The position numbers and the translations under genes are program-made. From assembly GCA_965222605.1 (NCBI GenBank), contig OZ244960.1, forward strand, positions 4,736,001 to 4,800,000: a DNA stretch of 64,000 nucleotides, in the 5' to 3' direction. Position 1 is the stretch's first letter. Each line of letters begins with the position of its first letter. This document shows positions 28,619 through 38,977 of the stretch, piece by piece. The notes under the pieces were generated by a model. The model had not been told where the DNA came from. It saw only the letters and a list, made by a program, of their open reading frames with translations, and searched no databases. The stretch is from Candidatus Latescibacterota bacterium (GTDB lineage Bacteria; Latescibacterota; UBA2968).

Positions 28619-29413
28619 TCAATACCTCACATCAACCAGCCACGCGCTTTTGGGATTTTTTTCCCAGTGTTGGCGCAGTACCTGTTCGTTTGGGCAAAAT
28701 TCACCGCGATAGGCGACTCCACCATGAGAAATATTAAAGCTCATGGCGACTTCATCTTCGCCCGCATCAACCCAGTGGGGCGTTAATAACTGGTTCCACA
28801 GCAAATCGCCGGGCTGCATGTCATAGGTCAAAATATCTGTCGGATCTATTTGGGGGATATCAATGCGCGTAACGCCCGTTCGATTTTCCACGAGTTTCTG
28901 AACAGGTTCGCGTTTTTCCGGTTCTAAAAACCCGTGAAAGTGTTTTTCCCCATAAACTTGCCACGCGAGTACATGCGAAGAATCTGCATGATAGGTTGAG
29001 CTACACCCTTTTCCAGAGATAAAAATAATGGGATAACATCTTTGCCACGTAAATCCGAGTTGAGACAGGAATGTGCGCCAGGGAACCATCACACATTCTT
29101 GAAAGTGTTCGAGGAATTGTCCCGCGCCATAAAAATTTTGCAAATGAAAATGCGCCAGACTAATCGGCATTTCGACGGCTTTTTCTATGGGGGCAGTCTT
29201 AAATTTTTCGACCAGAGCATTTTGCTCTGCATCGCTCAAGCTGTCATCTAAAAATTGAATACGGGCCTCGGAATCGCGCCGCAAAATATCTATAACTTCT
29301 TCGACGGACCTGAGTGGCATTTCAAATTTGAACAACTCAGAATCGATAAGAAAATTTCGCTCGCCATTCCAGAACTGGCGAAAATCGTCTGCTGTCCTGG
29401 CAATCAGGTGCAT
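28619..29413 (-). CDS. JmjC/cupin-like Fe(II)/2OG protein
   Basis: YHAD..H, WQVYGEK, PGDLLW, PHWV. Confidence 0.75.
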   Translation of the reverse strand: MHLIARTADDFRQFWNGERNFLIDSELFKFEMPLRSVEEVIDILRRDSEARIQFLDDSLSDAEQNALVEKFKTAPIEKAVEMPISLAHFHLQNFYGAGQFLEHFQECVMVPWRTFLSQLGFTWQRCYPIIFISGKGCSSTYHADSSHVLAWQVYGEKHFHGFLEPEKREPVQKLVENRTGVTRIDIPQIDPTDILTYDMQPGDLLWNQLLTPHWVDAGEDEVAMSFNISHGGVAYRGEFCPNEQVLRQHWEKNPKSAWLVDVRY

Positions 29414-29509
29414 TGTTTGCTCCTGTGGTTAAGTGAGGAGTTAGCCCCTTTAACATACATCATCGCACAAAGAGATTCAAGCGATCAAGATAGGGCGGCA
29501 TGAAGTTAC

Positions 29510-29538
29510 TTGACAGTAAATTTTCTTGTATTCATTAT
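29510..29538 (+). promoter_or_regulatory. Putative sigma70 promoter
   Basis: TTGACA-17-CATTAT. Confidence 0.5.
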
Positions 29539-29571
29539 GTACTATCAATTCCCACATATAGGAGGCTCAAG

Positions 29572-30795
29572 ATGAAAATCACCGATATTGAAGTCATCCC
29601 GATTGCGATGCCATTGGCAAAACGCTACGATAACCATCACGGACGCACGCGTATGTACGATATCGATCAGCATGTGGTGGTCAAAATCCATACGGATAAT
29701 GGCTTGATTGGCTATGGCGATTACGAAGACCGTTCTGCAATTGCGTCCGAGGAAATCGAGCCGTTGATTGGCCGCAATCCCTTTGACTTTTTGCACAATA
29801 ATTTCAATATGGCTCTTGGCATGGCGCTCTACGATGTTATGGGTAAGTACCTCGAAGTGCCTGCCCATAAGCTCCTGGGGCAAAAGGTGAGAGATGCAGT
29901 ACCTGCGGCGGCATGGACGCGGCCCTGCCCGCCCGAAGTGTTTGCCGAAGAGATCCAGCGCGCTGTCGATCAGGGGTATCGCATTTTCAAAATGCACTCC
30001 GACGTGCGATATGATGTTATTGAACAAACGCGAGCCGCTGCCGAGGTCGCGCCATCGGGCTTTAAGCTCCACTGGGATTTTAACCACAACCGCACGATGG
30101 GTGTTGTGCTTCCCATTGTTGCCGAGCTCGAACGCAATTATCCGGTGGTCGGTTTTATTGAAGACCCACTGCCCTGGGCCGATATTGATGGTTGGCGCAC
30201 ATTGAGACAAAAAACGCAACTGCCCCTTATTATGCACAATCCCCAACTCGGCGGTATGCAGGAAGTCTTACACGGCACTGCTGATATTTACATGATTGGT
30301 GGCCGCATTGGCGATACCATGCAAAAGGGATTTGCGTACGGTCAGGCCAATATCCAGACGCTTCTCCAGCAATCGGGCAATACCCTGATGAAGGCTTTTA
30401 CGTTGCATCAGGCGGCGGTCTTGCCCACGGCAACTGCGCATATTATCACCCTGGACGATCAATACGAAGACGATATTACCACATCACAACTGCTACCGAC
30501 CGAAGGCTTTTGTCGCGTGCCCGAGGGTGCGGGGCTCGGTGTTGAGGTCGATGAAGAGAAACTCAAGCAGGCCGCCCAACGCCAACACATTCCCAAACTC
30601 GATTTCATTGGCGTGATTCATTTGCCTTATGGACGCAAGTATTATACTCCCGGAGAACCCAATGTTCAAAATCTTACGGGCTTTGAAGAAGGCGCGTTGC
30701 GCGGTATCCATTTCGAACGCCTCGTCCAGGATGAATCTCCCGACTTTGAGCGCGTTCAAAAGCGGCTCGAGGAGGAGGGGCCATTTATTGAATAA
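29572..30795 (+). CDS. Mandelate racemase/muconate lactonizing enzyme family
   Basis: MKITDIE, FKMH, WDFN, IEDP, GAGLGVEVD; AGGAGG SD. Confidence 0.9.
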   Translation: MKITDIEVIPIAMPLAKRYDNHHGRTRMYDIDQHVVVKIHTDNGLIGYGDYEDRSAIASEEIEPLIGRNPFDFLHNNFNMALGMALYDVMGKYLEVPAHKLLGQKVRDAVPAAAWTRPCPPEVFAEEIQRAVDQGYRIFKMHSDVRYDVIEQTRAAAEVAPSGFKLHWDFNHNRTMGVVLPIVAELERNYPVVGFIEDPLPWADIDGWRTLRQKTQLPLIMHNPQLGGMQEVLHGTADIYMIGGRIGDTMQKGFAYGQANIQTLLQQSGNTLMKAFTLHQAAVLPTATAHIITLDDQYEDDITTSQLLPTEGFCRVPEGAGLGVEVDEEKLKQAAQRQHIPKLDFIGVIHLPYGRKYYTPGEPNVQNLTGFEEGALRGIHFERLVQDESPDFERVQKRLEEEGPFIE

Positions 30796-30800
30796 AAATA

Positions 30801-30832
30801 AACAGGACATCTCCATAAAGAAATGTCCTGTT
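30801..30832. terminator. Terminator between convergent genes
   Basis: AACAGGACAT...ATGTCCTGTT. Confidence 0.7.
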
Positions 30833-30858
30833 GCGCGTTGGATGATCGGTCGCCCTGA

Positions 30859-31263
30859 CTATACCTCTAATCTTTCGCCAGTATTTTCTTCGTGTTCATT
30901 GGCGATGACGTAATAGACAAGGTCCTCGGTATCACTTCCATTTCGAATGCGATGGCGCGTACCTGCGGGTTGCATCATGCAATCACCGGCAACGGCTTCA
31001 ACTGTCTCTCCATTGCGTTGCACGATTGCCTTTCCCGATACGATAATAAAAAACTCCCACCAATGACTGTGTGCGTGAACAGGACAGGGACGCGCTCCCG
31101 GCGGCACGCGAGTCAATTCGACATCAAACGGATGGGGGGTGTCTTCTGTGTTGCCCAGTGCGACCGATATATGCTGGCGATAGCGTTCATAGTTGCCATC
31201 TTGCCATTGCCATATCTGATGTTCTTCGGGCACATCTTTGAGGTTAACTTTCCAGTTTGACAT
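30859..31263 (-). CDS. Cupin domain protein
   Basis: PVHAHSHWWE...G...PAGTRHRIRN. Confidence 0.9.
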   Translation of the reverse strand: MSNWKVNLKDVPEEHQIWQWQDGNYERYRQHISVALGNTEDTPHPFDVELTRVPPGARPCPVHAHSHWWEFFIIVSGKAIVQRNGETVEAVAGDCMMQPAGTRHRIRNGSDTEDLVYYVIANEHEENTGERLEV

Positions 31264-32722
31264 ATTTTTTCCTTTTTTTAAAAAATCGATCTACATCACG
31301 AGGTGGCGTGGTGGCGAAAGATACGAGGATGAGAATGAGGGCGGAAACAGGGACGATAATACCGGCGGGGATCAGGCCGGTTCCACCAATACTGTAAGCG
31401 CCTTCTACATTCAGGGAATTGGCATAAAAAAATAGCCATAGACCAATCACGCTCAGAATTGCCGCGGCTGCGCCCTGCTTTGTGCTGCGTTTCCAATACA
31501 GCGCGCCGACGAATACGGGCACCAATCCCGCGAAACCCGTGAGTGACCATGCGCCGAGTTCAAAAATTGACCGCGTTGTAAATAGCGATGCGACAAAGGC
31601 CAGGACGAGAAATGCTGCGACAAATAGGCGTCCAAACAAGACTTGCTGTTTTTCGGATAACTGATTGTCAAAACCGTAAAATCGCACAATATCTTCGGTA
31701 AACATCGCGCCCAGGGCAAGAGTTTGAGAGTCGAGCGAAGACATAATTGCCGCAAAAACACCTGCCGCCAGGCACCCTGCCAGCACGCCGCCCGTATGTG
31801 CCAGAATTAATTCAATCAGAATGGGGCCGTTCAGCGGTGCCGTGAAATCGATGCGACCGACCATTCCCAGGGTGACACTGGGCACCCACACGGCGGCGAT
31901 ACACAGGGGATAGAATACAATAGGCGTTTGAAATGACCGCGCGGTTCGGGCGGAAAGCCAATGGCCGTAAATATGGGGAAATGCCGCAACACTGATAGGT
32001 AACAGGAGATAGGAGAGCATTTTGAACACGGTATAAGAGCCGCTGCCAAAAACCACAAATTCGGGGTGCGTATCGCGCAGCGTTGCCATAGCTTTACCGA
32101 TCCCGCCGTAGTGATCCGTAATGACGAGATAGGCAATGATGCCCACGAGAATAAATACGGTTGTTTGAAAGGTATTTGCCCAGGCGGTACTTCGCATCCC
32201 GCCATAGGTTACGTACAAAAATGTCACGCCACATACGAGCAAACTGCCAGCCCAACCCGGCCACTCACCGCGCGTGATTGCCGCGAGTGCATCGCCCCCG
32301 CCTTTGACTCCTATCAGGATGTAGGGTAGCATCAACAACACCACGACGACAAATAAGAGCGTTCCCAGTGCCGGGGATGTATAGCGATCCCGGATCATTT
32401 GGATTTGGGTGACATAAGAGAACCGTTTGCCCAGCCACCAGCTTTTTGTGCCGAGATAATAAAAGAGAAATGGAATCAAAATGGACGAACTCGCGCCCAT
32501 CAGACCGAAGACGACAATTCCCAGACGATAGGCTTCTCCAGATGCCCCCAGCATTGTAAATGCAGTGAGATTGGTGCCCAACAGCGTCATCAACAGGACT
32601 ACGGGACCAATGCTTCGGCTTGCGACAAAGTAATCTTCTGCGGTATTGCGAAATAGCCGATGCCCCAGGGTGCCGACTACTATGACCAGTCCCAGATAAA
32701 TTGCGACAACCGCAATAATCAT
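31244..32722 (-). CDS. Sodium:solute symporter family
   Basis: DYFVASRS, YGGMRS, AAIMSSLDS; many transmembrane helices. Confidence 0.95.
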   Translation of the reverse strand: MIIAVVAIYLGLVIVVGTLGHRLFRNTAEDYFVASRSIGPVVLLMTLLGTNLTAFTMLGASGEAYRLGIVVFGLMGASSSILIPFLFYYLGTKSWWLGKRFSYVTQIQMIRDRYTSPALGTLLFVVVVLLMLPYILIGVKGGGDALAAITRGEWPGWAGSLLVCGVTFLYVTYGGMRSTAWANTFQTTVFILVGIIAYLVITDHYGGIGKAMATLRDTHPEFVVFGSGSYTVFKMLSYLLLPISVAAFPHIYGHWLSARTARSFQTPIVFYPLCIAAVWVPSVTLGMVGRIDFTAPLNGPILIELILAHTGGVLAGCLAAGVFAAIMSSLDSQTLALGAMFTEDIVRFYGFDNQLSEKQQVLFGRLFVAAFLVLAFVASLFTTRSIFELGAWSLTGFAGLVPVFVGALYWKRSTKQGAAAAILSVIGLWLFFYANSLNVEGAYSIGGTGLIPAGIIVPVSALILILVSFATTPPRDVDRFFKKRKKYVKLES

Positions 32723-32934
32723 TCCGCATCCTCCTCATCTAAATGATGAGGCCATGCCAGGCGCACAATCACGAGCATAGAGAGTGAGGTCAAGACACAC
32801 AGGCCGATGTGGTAAAGCAAATTGATTGGCAATCCCAGGATCAGTGTGTCGGTGTCCCACATCCAGAAATTAAAAAATAAAATTAGGAGAATGAGCAAAA
32901 CACCGAGAGGCCAGATTTTTGTCTGTTGTGACAT
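32719..32934 (-). CDS. Small two-TM symporter partner (DUF3311/YhjC-like)
   Basis: FWMW...ILGLP..LLY; ATGA overlap with the symporter gene; AGGAG SD. Confidence 0.8.
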   Translation of the reverse strand: MSQQTKIWPLGVLLILLILFFNFWMWDTDTLILGLPINLLYHIGLCVLTSLSMLVIVRLAWPHHLDEEDAE

Positions 32935-32957
32935 AAAATTCTCCTTTTTGTTTTGCT

Positions 32958-33929
32958 CTATGGCCTTTGCGCGCCTTTGGCTTCGACGTACACTGAGTAC
33001 AAACACATGCCGCCTGTCATGAAGAGGCGGTTTTTCTTTTGCCCGCCAAAGCAGAGGTTGGAACACACTTCGGGCAGGTGAATTTTGCCAATGAGGTCGC
33101 TATCGGGCGCGAAAATTTTGACTCCGTTATCTTCGGGATTGCCCCAACCCGAGCTGCTCCACAGGTTGCCGTCGATGTCGCAGCGAATGCCATCGGCAAA
33201 TCCGGGCGCCATGTCGGCAAAGATGCGACTGTTTTTGAGTCGGCCATTTTCCACATCAAAAGCGCGAATATGCGCGGGGCCTCCCAGTCCATGGGAGGAG
33301 CCAGTATCGGTGATGTAGAGAATTTTTTCGTCGGGTGAGAAACACAGCCCATTGGGGCGCACAAAATCGTCGGCAACGACTGTGGCGTTTCCGGTATTGG
33401 GATCGAGGCGATAGACGTTGGTGGGCAGTTCGTAGTCGGCAATGTGACCTTCGTAGTCGAGCGCGATGCCGTATCCCGGATCGGTGAACCATATACTGCC
33501 ATCGGAGTGCGCGGTGATGTCATTGGGCGCATTGAGCGGTTTGCCCTCAAAGCTGTCGATGAGAACGGTGATGGTTCCGTCGTATTCGGTGCGGGTGACG
33601 CGGCGCATGCCGTGTTCACAGGTAATCAGACGGCCTGCTCGGTCGCGGGTGTGTCCATTGCAATAATTGGAAGGTTGACGATAGACGCTGAGGCTGCCAT
33701 CGATTTCGTTCCAGCGCATGATGCGATTGTTGGGAATGTCGCTGAAGAGCACACAACGCGCATCCCCAAACCACACCGGGCCTTCGCCCCAGCGCAGGCC
33801 AGTACAGAGACGCTCGACCGCGGCGTTGCCAATGGCGTATTTTTCAAAGCGCGTGTCCAGAATTTCAATGGCGGGATCGGGATAGGGAACAGGGCTGCCG
33901 TCCCACGGACGGGTTTTCCATTCGGACAT
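32958..33929 (-). CDS. SMP-30/gluconolactonase family
   Basis: WGEGPVW, LNAPND, PNGLCFSPD, ADGIRCD. Confidence 0.95.
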   Translation of the reverse strand: MSEWKTRPWDGSPVPYPDPAIEILDTRFEKYAIGNAAVERLCTGLRWGEGPVWFGDARCVLFSDIPNNRIMRWNEIDGSLSVYRQPSNYCNGHTRDRAGRLITCEHGMRRVTRTEYDGTITVLIDSFEGKPLNAPNDITAHSDGSIWFTDPGYGIALDYEGHIADYELPTNVYRLDPNTGNATVVADDFVRPNGLCFSPDEKILYITDTGSSHGLGGPAHIRAFDVENGRLKNSRIFADMAPGFADGIRCDIDGNLWSSSGWGNPEDNGVKIFAPDSDLIGKIHLPEVCSNLCFGGQKKNRLFMTGGMCLYSVYVEAKGAQRP

Positions 33930-34051
33930 TTTTTCTCCTTAGAGGTGATTTGATGCCTGCGCGTACAATGGGCTTCAACGAGCACCGTGCTTATGGCGAA
34001 AAGGCTACGCTGCACTGCGATTGGGTAGAAGAGGGAATGGAAGGAGGGGAT

Positions 34052-34798
34052 CTAATCCAACGAAAATTCTATTGGCATAATCATCCAGACTTTGCGGCGT
34101 TCTCCCTGATGTTTGCCGGGGCGAAATCGGAATTGCCACGCTGCGGCCAATGCCGCTTCTCTAAAAATTTCTGGGCCGTGAATAAACTGGACATCTTCTA
34201 CATTGCCTACCTTGTCAACCAGTACTTTGACCGTGACTTTGCCTTCGATGTGTTTTTTTCGCGCTTCGGCGGGATATTCCGGCGTGACAATTCGGCTTGG
34301 ATGAGGTTTGTAGTCGATCTCTGTATAGTCGAGAGGTGCGTCTGTGTCGTTTCCCTCTGTGCTTGCCAAATTGGGTATAAATATTTTGTCGAGGTCCAAT
34401 TCGGTTGATTCAATTGTCACATCTTCGGGTATCTCGTCGCCTTCAACGGCCAGAGGCACTTGAGGGCGCGGTGGCGGTGGCGGGCGCTTTTGTTGACTTG
34501 TTTCGGGAATATCAACTCTGAGAACTTTGGGGACGGATTGCGTCAGATGTACGGTGGGATGGTATTCGGGATAGAGCCAAAAAACGGCGATGAAGATTAT
34601 GAGATTCAACAGGCTCGCACGCATCATATTCGGCCAATAGGGCAACTTCAAGTCAGCAGAAGGGATTTTTGATCGCGTCTCTATCTGGACATCGCAGGGC
34701 TGGGCAGATAGTCTTTTTTGAAATTCGCGTTGCGCGCTGCGCGCCCGATAAATTTGACCGCTTAGCGTATTTCCAAATCTAATCTGGACGAGGTTCAT
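34052..34798 (-). CDS. tonB: Energy transducer TonB
   Basis: TM helix, Pro-rich linker, PEYPAEARKKHIEGKV C-terminal domain. Confidence 0.88.
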   Translation of the reverse strand: MNLVQIRFGNTLSGQIYRARSAQREFQKRLSAQPCDVQIETRSKIPSADLKLPYWPNMMRASLLNLIIFIAVFWLYPEYHPTVHLTQSVPKVLRVDIPETSQQKRPPPPPRPQVPLAVEGDEIPEDVTIESTELDLDKIFIPNLASTEGNDTDAPLDYTEIDYKPHPSRIVTPEYPAEARKKHIEGKVTVKVLVDKVGNVEDVQFIHGPEIFREAALAAAWQFRFRPGKHQGERRKVWMIMPIEFSLD

Positions 34799-35026
34799 GC
34801 GACTCCCGTTTAATAAACAGTTTTGATCAGTCAGGTATTCTTTAAATCTTCAACCAAAAATAAAGTTCCAATTCCACTGATGCAGATGGGGAGCAGAGAG
34901 CCACAATGTATATGAGTCTGGGGCGTTTGTCCAGACGAATCCGTATCAAACCAGTTGTGTTTTGAGGCGATGGTTTGTAATATAAAGGGGATATTTGGGT
35001 TATGATAAACTTATTGGAGGAAAAAA

Positions 35027-36028
35027 ATGAATCGTCAGATTACGCTGGCTGCACGTCCCAAAGGATTTCCCTTGCCGGAGGATTTTAAGCTCGTTGAAAC
35101 GCCCATTCCAGAGCCTGGGGAAGGCGAAGTACTGTCGAGAACGCTGTTTATGTCGGTTGATCCCTATATGCGCGGGCGGATGAATGATCGGGCATCGTAT
35201 GCGGCAAATGTACAAATTGGCGATGTGATGGTGGGCGGCACGGTGGGTGAGGTGGTTGCGTCGAATGATTCCGATTTTGAGGTTGGCGATATTGTCCAGG
35301 CGCAAATTGGATGGCAGGCTTATGGCGTGTCTAAGGGATCAAATTTGCGCAAGGTCAATCCAGACCTTGCACCTGTGTCAACGGCTTTGGGGGTGTTGGG
35401 CATGCCTGGGCTTACGGCGTATTTTGGATTGTTGGAAGTTGGACAACCCAAAGAAGGCGAGACCGTGCTGGTGACAGGTGCTGCTGGTGCTGTGGGATCA
35501 ATTGTGGGACAAATCGCCAAGATCGTAGGCTGTCGCGTTGTAGGGGTGGCGGGATCGGATGAAAAGATCGCCCATGTGGTTGATGAACTGGGTTTTGACG
35601 CCGCTTTCAATTACAAGGAGGTCGATGATTACAGTGCTGAATTGCAACGCCAGTGTCCCAATGGCATTGATGTATTCTTCGACAATGTGGGTGGCGCGGT
35701 TTCCGATGCGGCCTTTCCCTTGATGAATGTACGCGGTCGCATTTCCGTTTGCGGGCAAATATCGCAATACAATTTGACCGCTCCAGAACAAGGCCCGCGG
35801 ATGATGTGGTATTTTATTTCACAAAGATTGACGATGCGCGGTTTTCTGGTCTTTGACTTTGAAGACCAGCATGCCGAAGCGCTCAAACAGATGGCGGTTT
35901 GGGTCAATGAAGGAAGGATTAATTATCGGGAAGATATATGGGAGGGGTTGGAGAATGCGCCCGAGGCATTTATCGATATGATGCGGGGTGGTAATGTCGG
36001 GAAGCGCGTTGTAAAGGTGGCAGACTGA
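35027..36028 (+). CDS. NADP-dependent alkenal reductase (CurA/PTGR-like)
   Basis: SVDPYMRGRM, LGMPGLTAYFG, AAGAVGS, DNVGG. Confidence 0.95.
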   Translation: MNRQITLAARPKGFPLPEDFKLVETPIPEPGEGEVLSRTLFMSVDPYMRGRMNDRASYAANVQIGDVMVGGTVGEVVASNDSDFEVGDIVQAQIGWQAYGVSKGSNLRKVNPDLAPVSTALGVLGMPGLTAYFGLLEVGQPKEGETVLVTGAAGAVGSIVGQIAKIVGCRVVGVAGSDEKIAHVVDELGFDAAFNYKEVDDYSAELQRQCPNGIDVFFDNVGGAVSDAAFPLMNVRGRISVCGQISQYNLTAPEQGPRMMWYFISQRLTMRGFLVFDFEDQHAEALKQMAVWVNEGRINYREDIWEGLENAPEAFIDMMRGGNVGKRVVKVAD

Positions 36029-36101
36029 GATAGATATGACAGATTAATGGACGCAGATTAAAAATGGACAAAAGCAGTTTACTGGCAGTGGCGGTGCGGG
36101 G

Positions 36102-36136
36102 AATCCTGTTCATCCTTTCATCCTGAAAATCCTGAT
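36102..36136 (+). repeat. Degenerate 8-9-mer ATCCT tandem repeat, intergenic
   Basis: AATCCTGTT CATCCTTT CATCCTGAA AATCCTGAT. Confidence 0.6.
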
Positions 36137-36142
36137 CCGCTC

Positions 36143-37282
36143 TTATTTTTGGGATGTAATTACCAGCGCGCCGATGGCATACATCCCACCTCCAATGAGA
36201 AAAATCCAGTCCGACGACAAATGCATCTGCTGCGTCATCCATCCGAGCACAGGGCCTGTTGCCGAGCCGAGATCAAGTGCTGTTACATATCCGGCAACAG
36301 AACGCGAACCGCGCATTCCCGATTCGGCAGATATTACCACAGTTGCACCAACACCGCACAGGAAGAACACGATCACGCACAAGGCGAACAGACCCATATT
36401 TGATGCGATTGACGCAGAGAACAGAGCCAACATCCCGGTGCCAAAATAAATGATTGCACTCCATCGCCGTCCCAACTGATCGCTGATGTGGCCGAGAAAA
36501 GGGGCACCGAGCGCGTCGGCGATCCACCGTGAAGATAGCAGCAGGCCGTTCAATGTGGCTACGCCAATGACCATACCCAATAGGGTCAGCGATGTGCCTA
36601 TGGTGTCAACGAGAACCACACCCAGTGTTGACATTATCATCCCCGGCCCAACGCACCCGATCACAAATCCGCAAATCATTAATTTGGGTACCCAGCCCGA
36701 GTCCTCAACGCCTTCTTTATTTGTATTTTTTTCGAAAACAGCAAGTCGCGCGATCCATCCCAGGGGCGTTCCCAGCAACGAGATGATTGCAAAAAAAAAG
36801 AGTGTGAGTGTAAATCCAACGATGTCGTGGGCCAGCCCGCCTAAAAAATTGCCCGCCAACGATCCAAGGCGCGATACGCCGTTGTAGAATCCCATCCTTT
36901 GACCGATCATAGATGGCGGCGTGGTATCTACCACGGTCATCAAACCAATCTGGCGTATAAATGACCAGGATAATCCCCAGAGCATGCGCGCGATAAGCAA
37001 GATGGGAAAAGAGGTGACAACGCCGTAAACAGCGGTCAACACGGCTCCGAGAATCAGTGCGCCTGTCATCAAAGCCGTCAGATTATAGCGCTGGCACAAT
37101 TTTTCAGCCAGGGTGTTCGTTATCAGGCGCACCCAGCGATTTACCGAGAGAATAACGCCAACCTGATAAGGCATCAGTCCAATTTCGGCATAATGCGTTG
37201 GCAACACGGAGTACAGCATCTGGTCGCCCAATAGCGAAAATGCCGTGGCCAATGCAATGAACACTACGGATGACTGCATCAT
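36143..37282 (-). CDS. MFS transporter
   Basis: About 12 TM segments; GHISDQLGRR motif. Confidence 0.9.
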   Translation of the reverse strand: MMQSSVVFIALATAFSLLGDQMLYSVLPTHYAEIGLMPYQVGVILSVNRWVRLITNTLAEKLCQRYNLTALMTGALILGAVLTAVYGVVTSFPILLIARMLWGLSWSFIRQIGLMTVVDTTPPSMIGQRMGFYNGVSRLGSLAGNFLGGLAHDIVGFTLTLFFFAIISLLGTPLGWIARLAVFEKNTNKEGVEDSGWVPKLMICGFVIGCVGPGMIMSTLGVVLVDTIGTSLTLLGMVIGVATLNGLLLSSRWIADALGAPFLGHISDQLGRRWSAIIYFGTGMLALFSASIASNMGLFALCVIVFFLCGVGATVVISAESGMRGSRSVAGYVTALDLGSATGPVLGWMTQQMHLSSDWIFLIGGGMYAIGALVITSQK

Positions 37283-38004
37283 GGATGATGTTCGACATTT
37301 TCTCCGCGATGCTCGCCGTCGATAAATGCCTGCGAAAATGCCGTTACCTGTGTAATCGCATCTTCCACGAGTGCTGCACCGGCTTCTGCTGTGGCTTCCA
37401 GAGGTTCCTTATCTACTTGATCCTGCATTGCATCGTGGCGCACGTTTTCGGGCCATAATGCGAGGGCAAATGCCGTTTCAAATTCCTGTGCATGTCCCGG
37501 ATAGCGTTTTGTTTTCAAATTTTGTTCGGCAACATCCTTTGACATGAGATCCCAATAAGAAGTCCATTGCAGATTTACGTCGGGGCGGTCGATCTTGAAA
37601 AACAGCCGCCATTGACCAAATATGCCCCGCAAGGGTGCTACATTGCCGCCGTGACCATTTAGCACAAGGACATTTTTTACGCCATGGCGTACCAGGCTTT
37701 CGACTGCGTCGAATAACACGGCCAACCACGACCCGGGTTTGGCCGTCACGGTTCCTTTGTGTACCATGTGGTGTTCGGAGATGCCTACGGCCATTGGCAC
37801 GTTGACAATTACCTGGGGATATAATCGCTTGGCTGCCTCCACCGCGACATGGGTCGCTGACGCGGTATCGTGTTCCATGGCGAGATGCTCCAAATGCTGC
37901 TCGTTGCTTCCCACCGGAATAATCGCCGTTTGAAATTCTCCACGCGCCAGTGCTTCCCGAAACTCGCGTCGCGTCAATTTCGCCAGCAGAACTTGTTCGG
38001 TCAT
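37279..38004 (-). CDS. Creatininase family amidohydrolase
   Basis: PVGSNEQH, NGHGGN, GHAQEFET. Confidence 0.92.
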   Translation of the reverse strand: MTEQVLLAKLTRREFREALARGEFQTAIIPVGSNEQHLEHLAMEHDTASATHVAVEAAKRLYPQVIVNVPMAVGISEHHMVHKGTVTAKPGSWLAVLFDAVESLVRHGVKNVLVLNGHGGNVAPLRGIFGQWRLFFKIDRPDVNLQWTSYWDLMSKDVAEQNLKTKRYPGHAQEFETAFALALWPENVRHDAMQDQVDKEPLEATAEAGAALVEDAITQVTAFSQAFIDGEHRGENVEHHP

Positions 38005-38738
38005 CGCGTTTCTCCTTGTGTTGTTTGTGTATAATACTCCGCGGTCTGGTCAGGTGGTGCCACCGCGCCATTTTGCGTCTTGTGGCGGATCAAGCCCCGC
38101 ATTGCCTTAAACATGACATAAATTGAAATGGTTGCCCAGACAAATGCAATTGGATATGCCAGTATCTCTATGCCGAAATATCGCGCTAAAATCCCCGCAT
38201 CGGTGCGTTCTGTCTGCATCCACAAATCCGTGCGAAAATCGTATAAACTGTACAAACACAAGACAATACCGATCCAGGTTGCCAATACATGGGACAAACG
38301 ATCAAATCGAATTGTTACGATAATCAATAGGAGACCACAGATCGTGCCAAACCAGAAATCGAGTGTCCCAAATGGCGTGTACAGTGCAGCCATTCCAATT
38401 TGCAAAGTGCCAACCAGACCGAGCAATATCCTTTGCATGCCCAGCCATCGGCCCGTATAAATCAGCAACGCACCGAGAATGGCGGACCCGATATAACCCG
38501 CTGAACTGATGAGCGGAAATATTCCCCCTCGGCTGATTACATGCCCCGACTCATTCCACCGCACGCGCAGTTCCTCTACTTCACCGCCTGTTGCAATGGC
38601 CATGCTCGCATGGCCCATTTCGTGAATCCACACCACAAATACGCGAAAAGGTTTTATCACGGGCGTGTCCCACAAGACCAGCGCGACAATCGCCAATAGC
38701 AGATGCAACCAGAATGTCCGTATTACATGCATTATCAC
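38001..38738 (-). CDS. M50B-like membrane metallopeptidase
   Basis: HEMGH, AGY, TDA; multiple TM segments. Confidence 0.88.
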   Translation of the reverse strand: MIMHVIRTFWLHLLLAIVALVLWDTPVIKPFRVFVVWIHEMGHASMAIATGGEVEELRVRWNESGHVISRGGIFPLISSAGYIGSAILGALLIYTGRWLGMQRILLGLVGTLQIGMAALYTPFGTLDFWFGTICGLLLIIVTIRFDRLSHVLATWIGIVLCLYSLYDFRTDLWMQTERTDAGILARYFGIEILAYPIAFVWATISIYVMFKAMRGLIRHKTQNGAVAPPDQTAEYYTQTTQGETR

Positions 38739-38886
38739 ACTCCCGAATACAAAAGCGATGGTTGACGACCACCGCTCTGTATATGCACAAATCGGATTCT
38801 ACACACAATAGAAAAAAGCGACCCACGCCATGGCCTATCAACCACAGATATAGTTTCAAAAATCGGAATTTTCAATATAAAATATT

Positions 38887-38915
38887 TTGACAAATATAGT
38901 CATGTTATTTATAAT
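38887..38915 (+). promoter_or_regulatory. Consensus sigma70 promoter
   Basis: TTGACA-17-TATAAT, perfect match. Confidence 0.85.
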
Positions 38916-38977
38916 CCGTCATGTAATTGATGATCGCTAAAAAAAGCCGGGGAGAATGTCGTGCAAAGGAGGTTGTT

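Noticed and set aside
33930-34050. Possible riboswitch upstream of the lactonase/symporter operon
   Set aside because: No recognisable Rfam consensus by eye; would need an Infernal scan.
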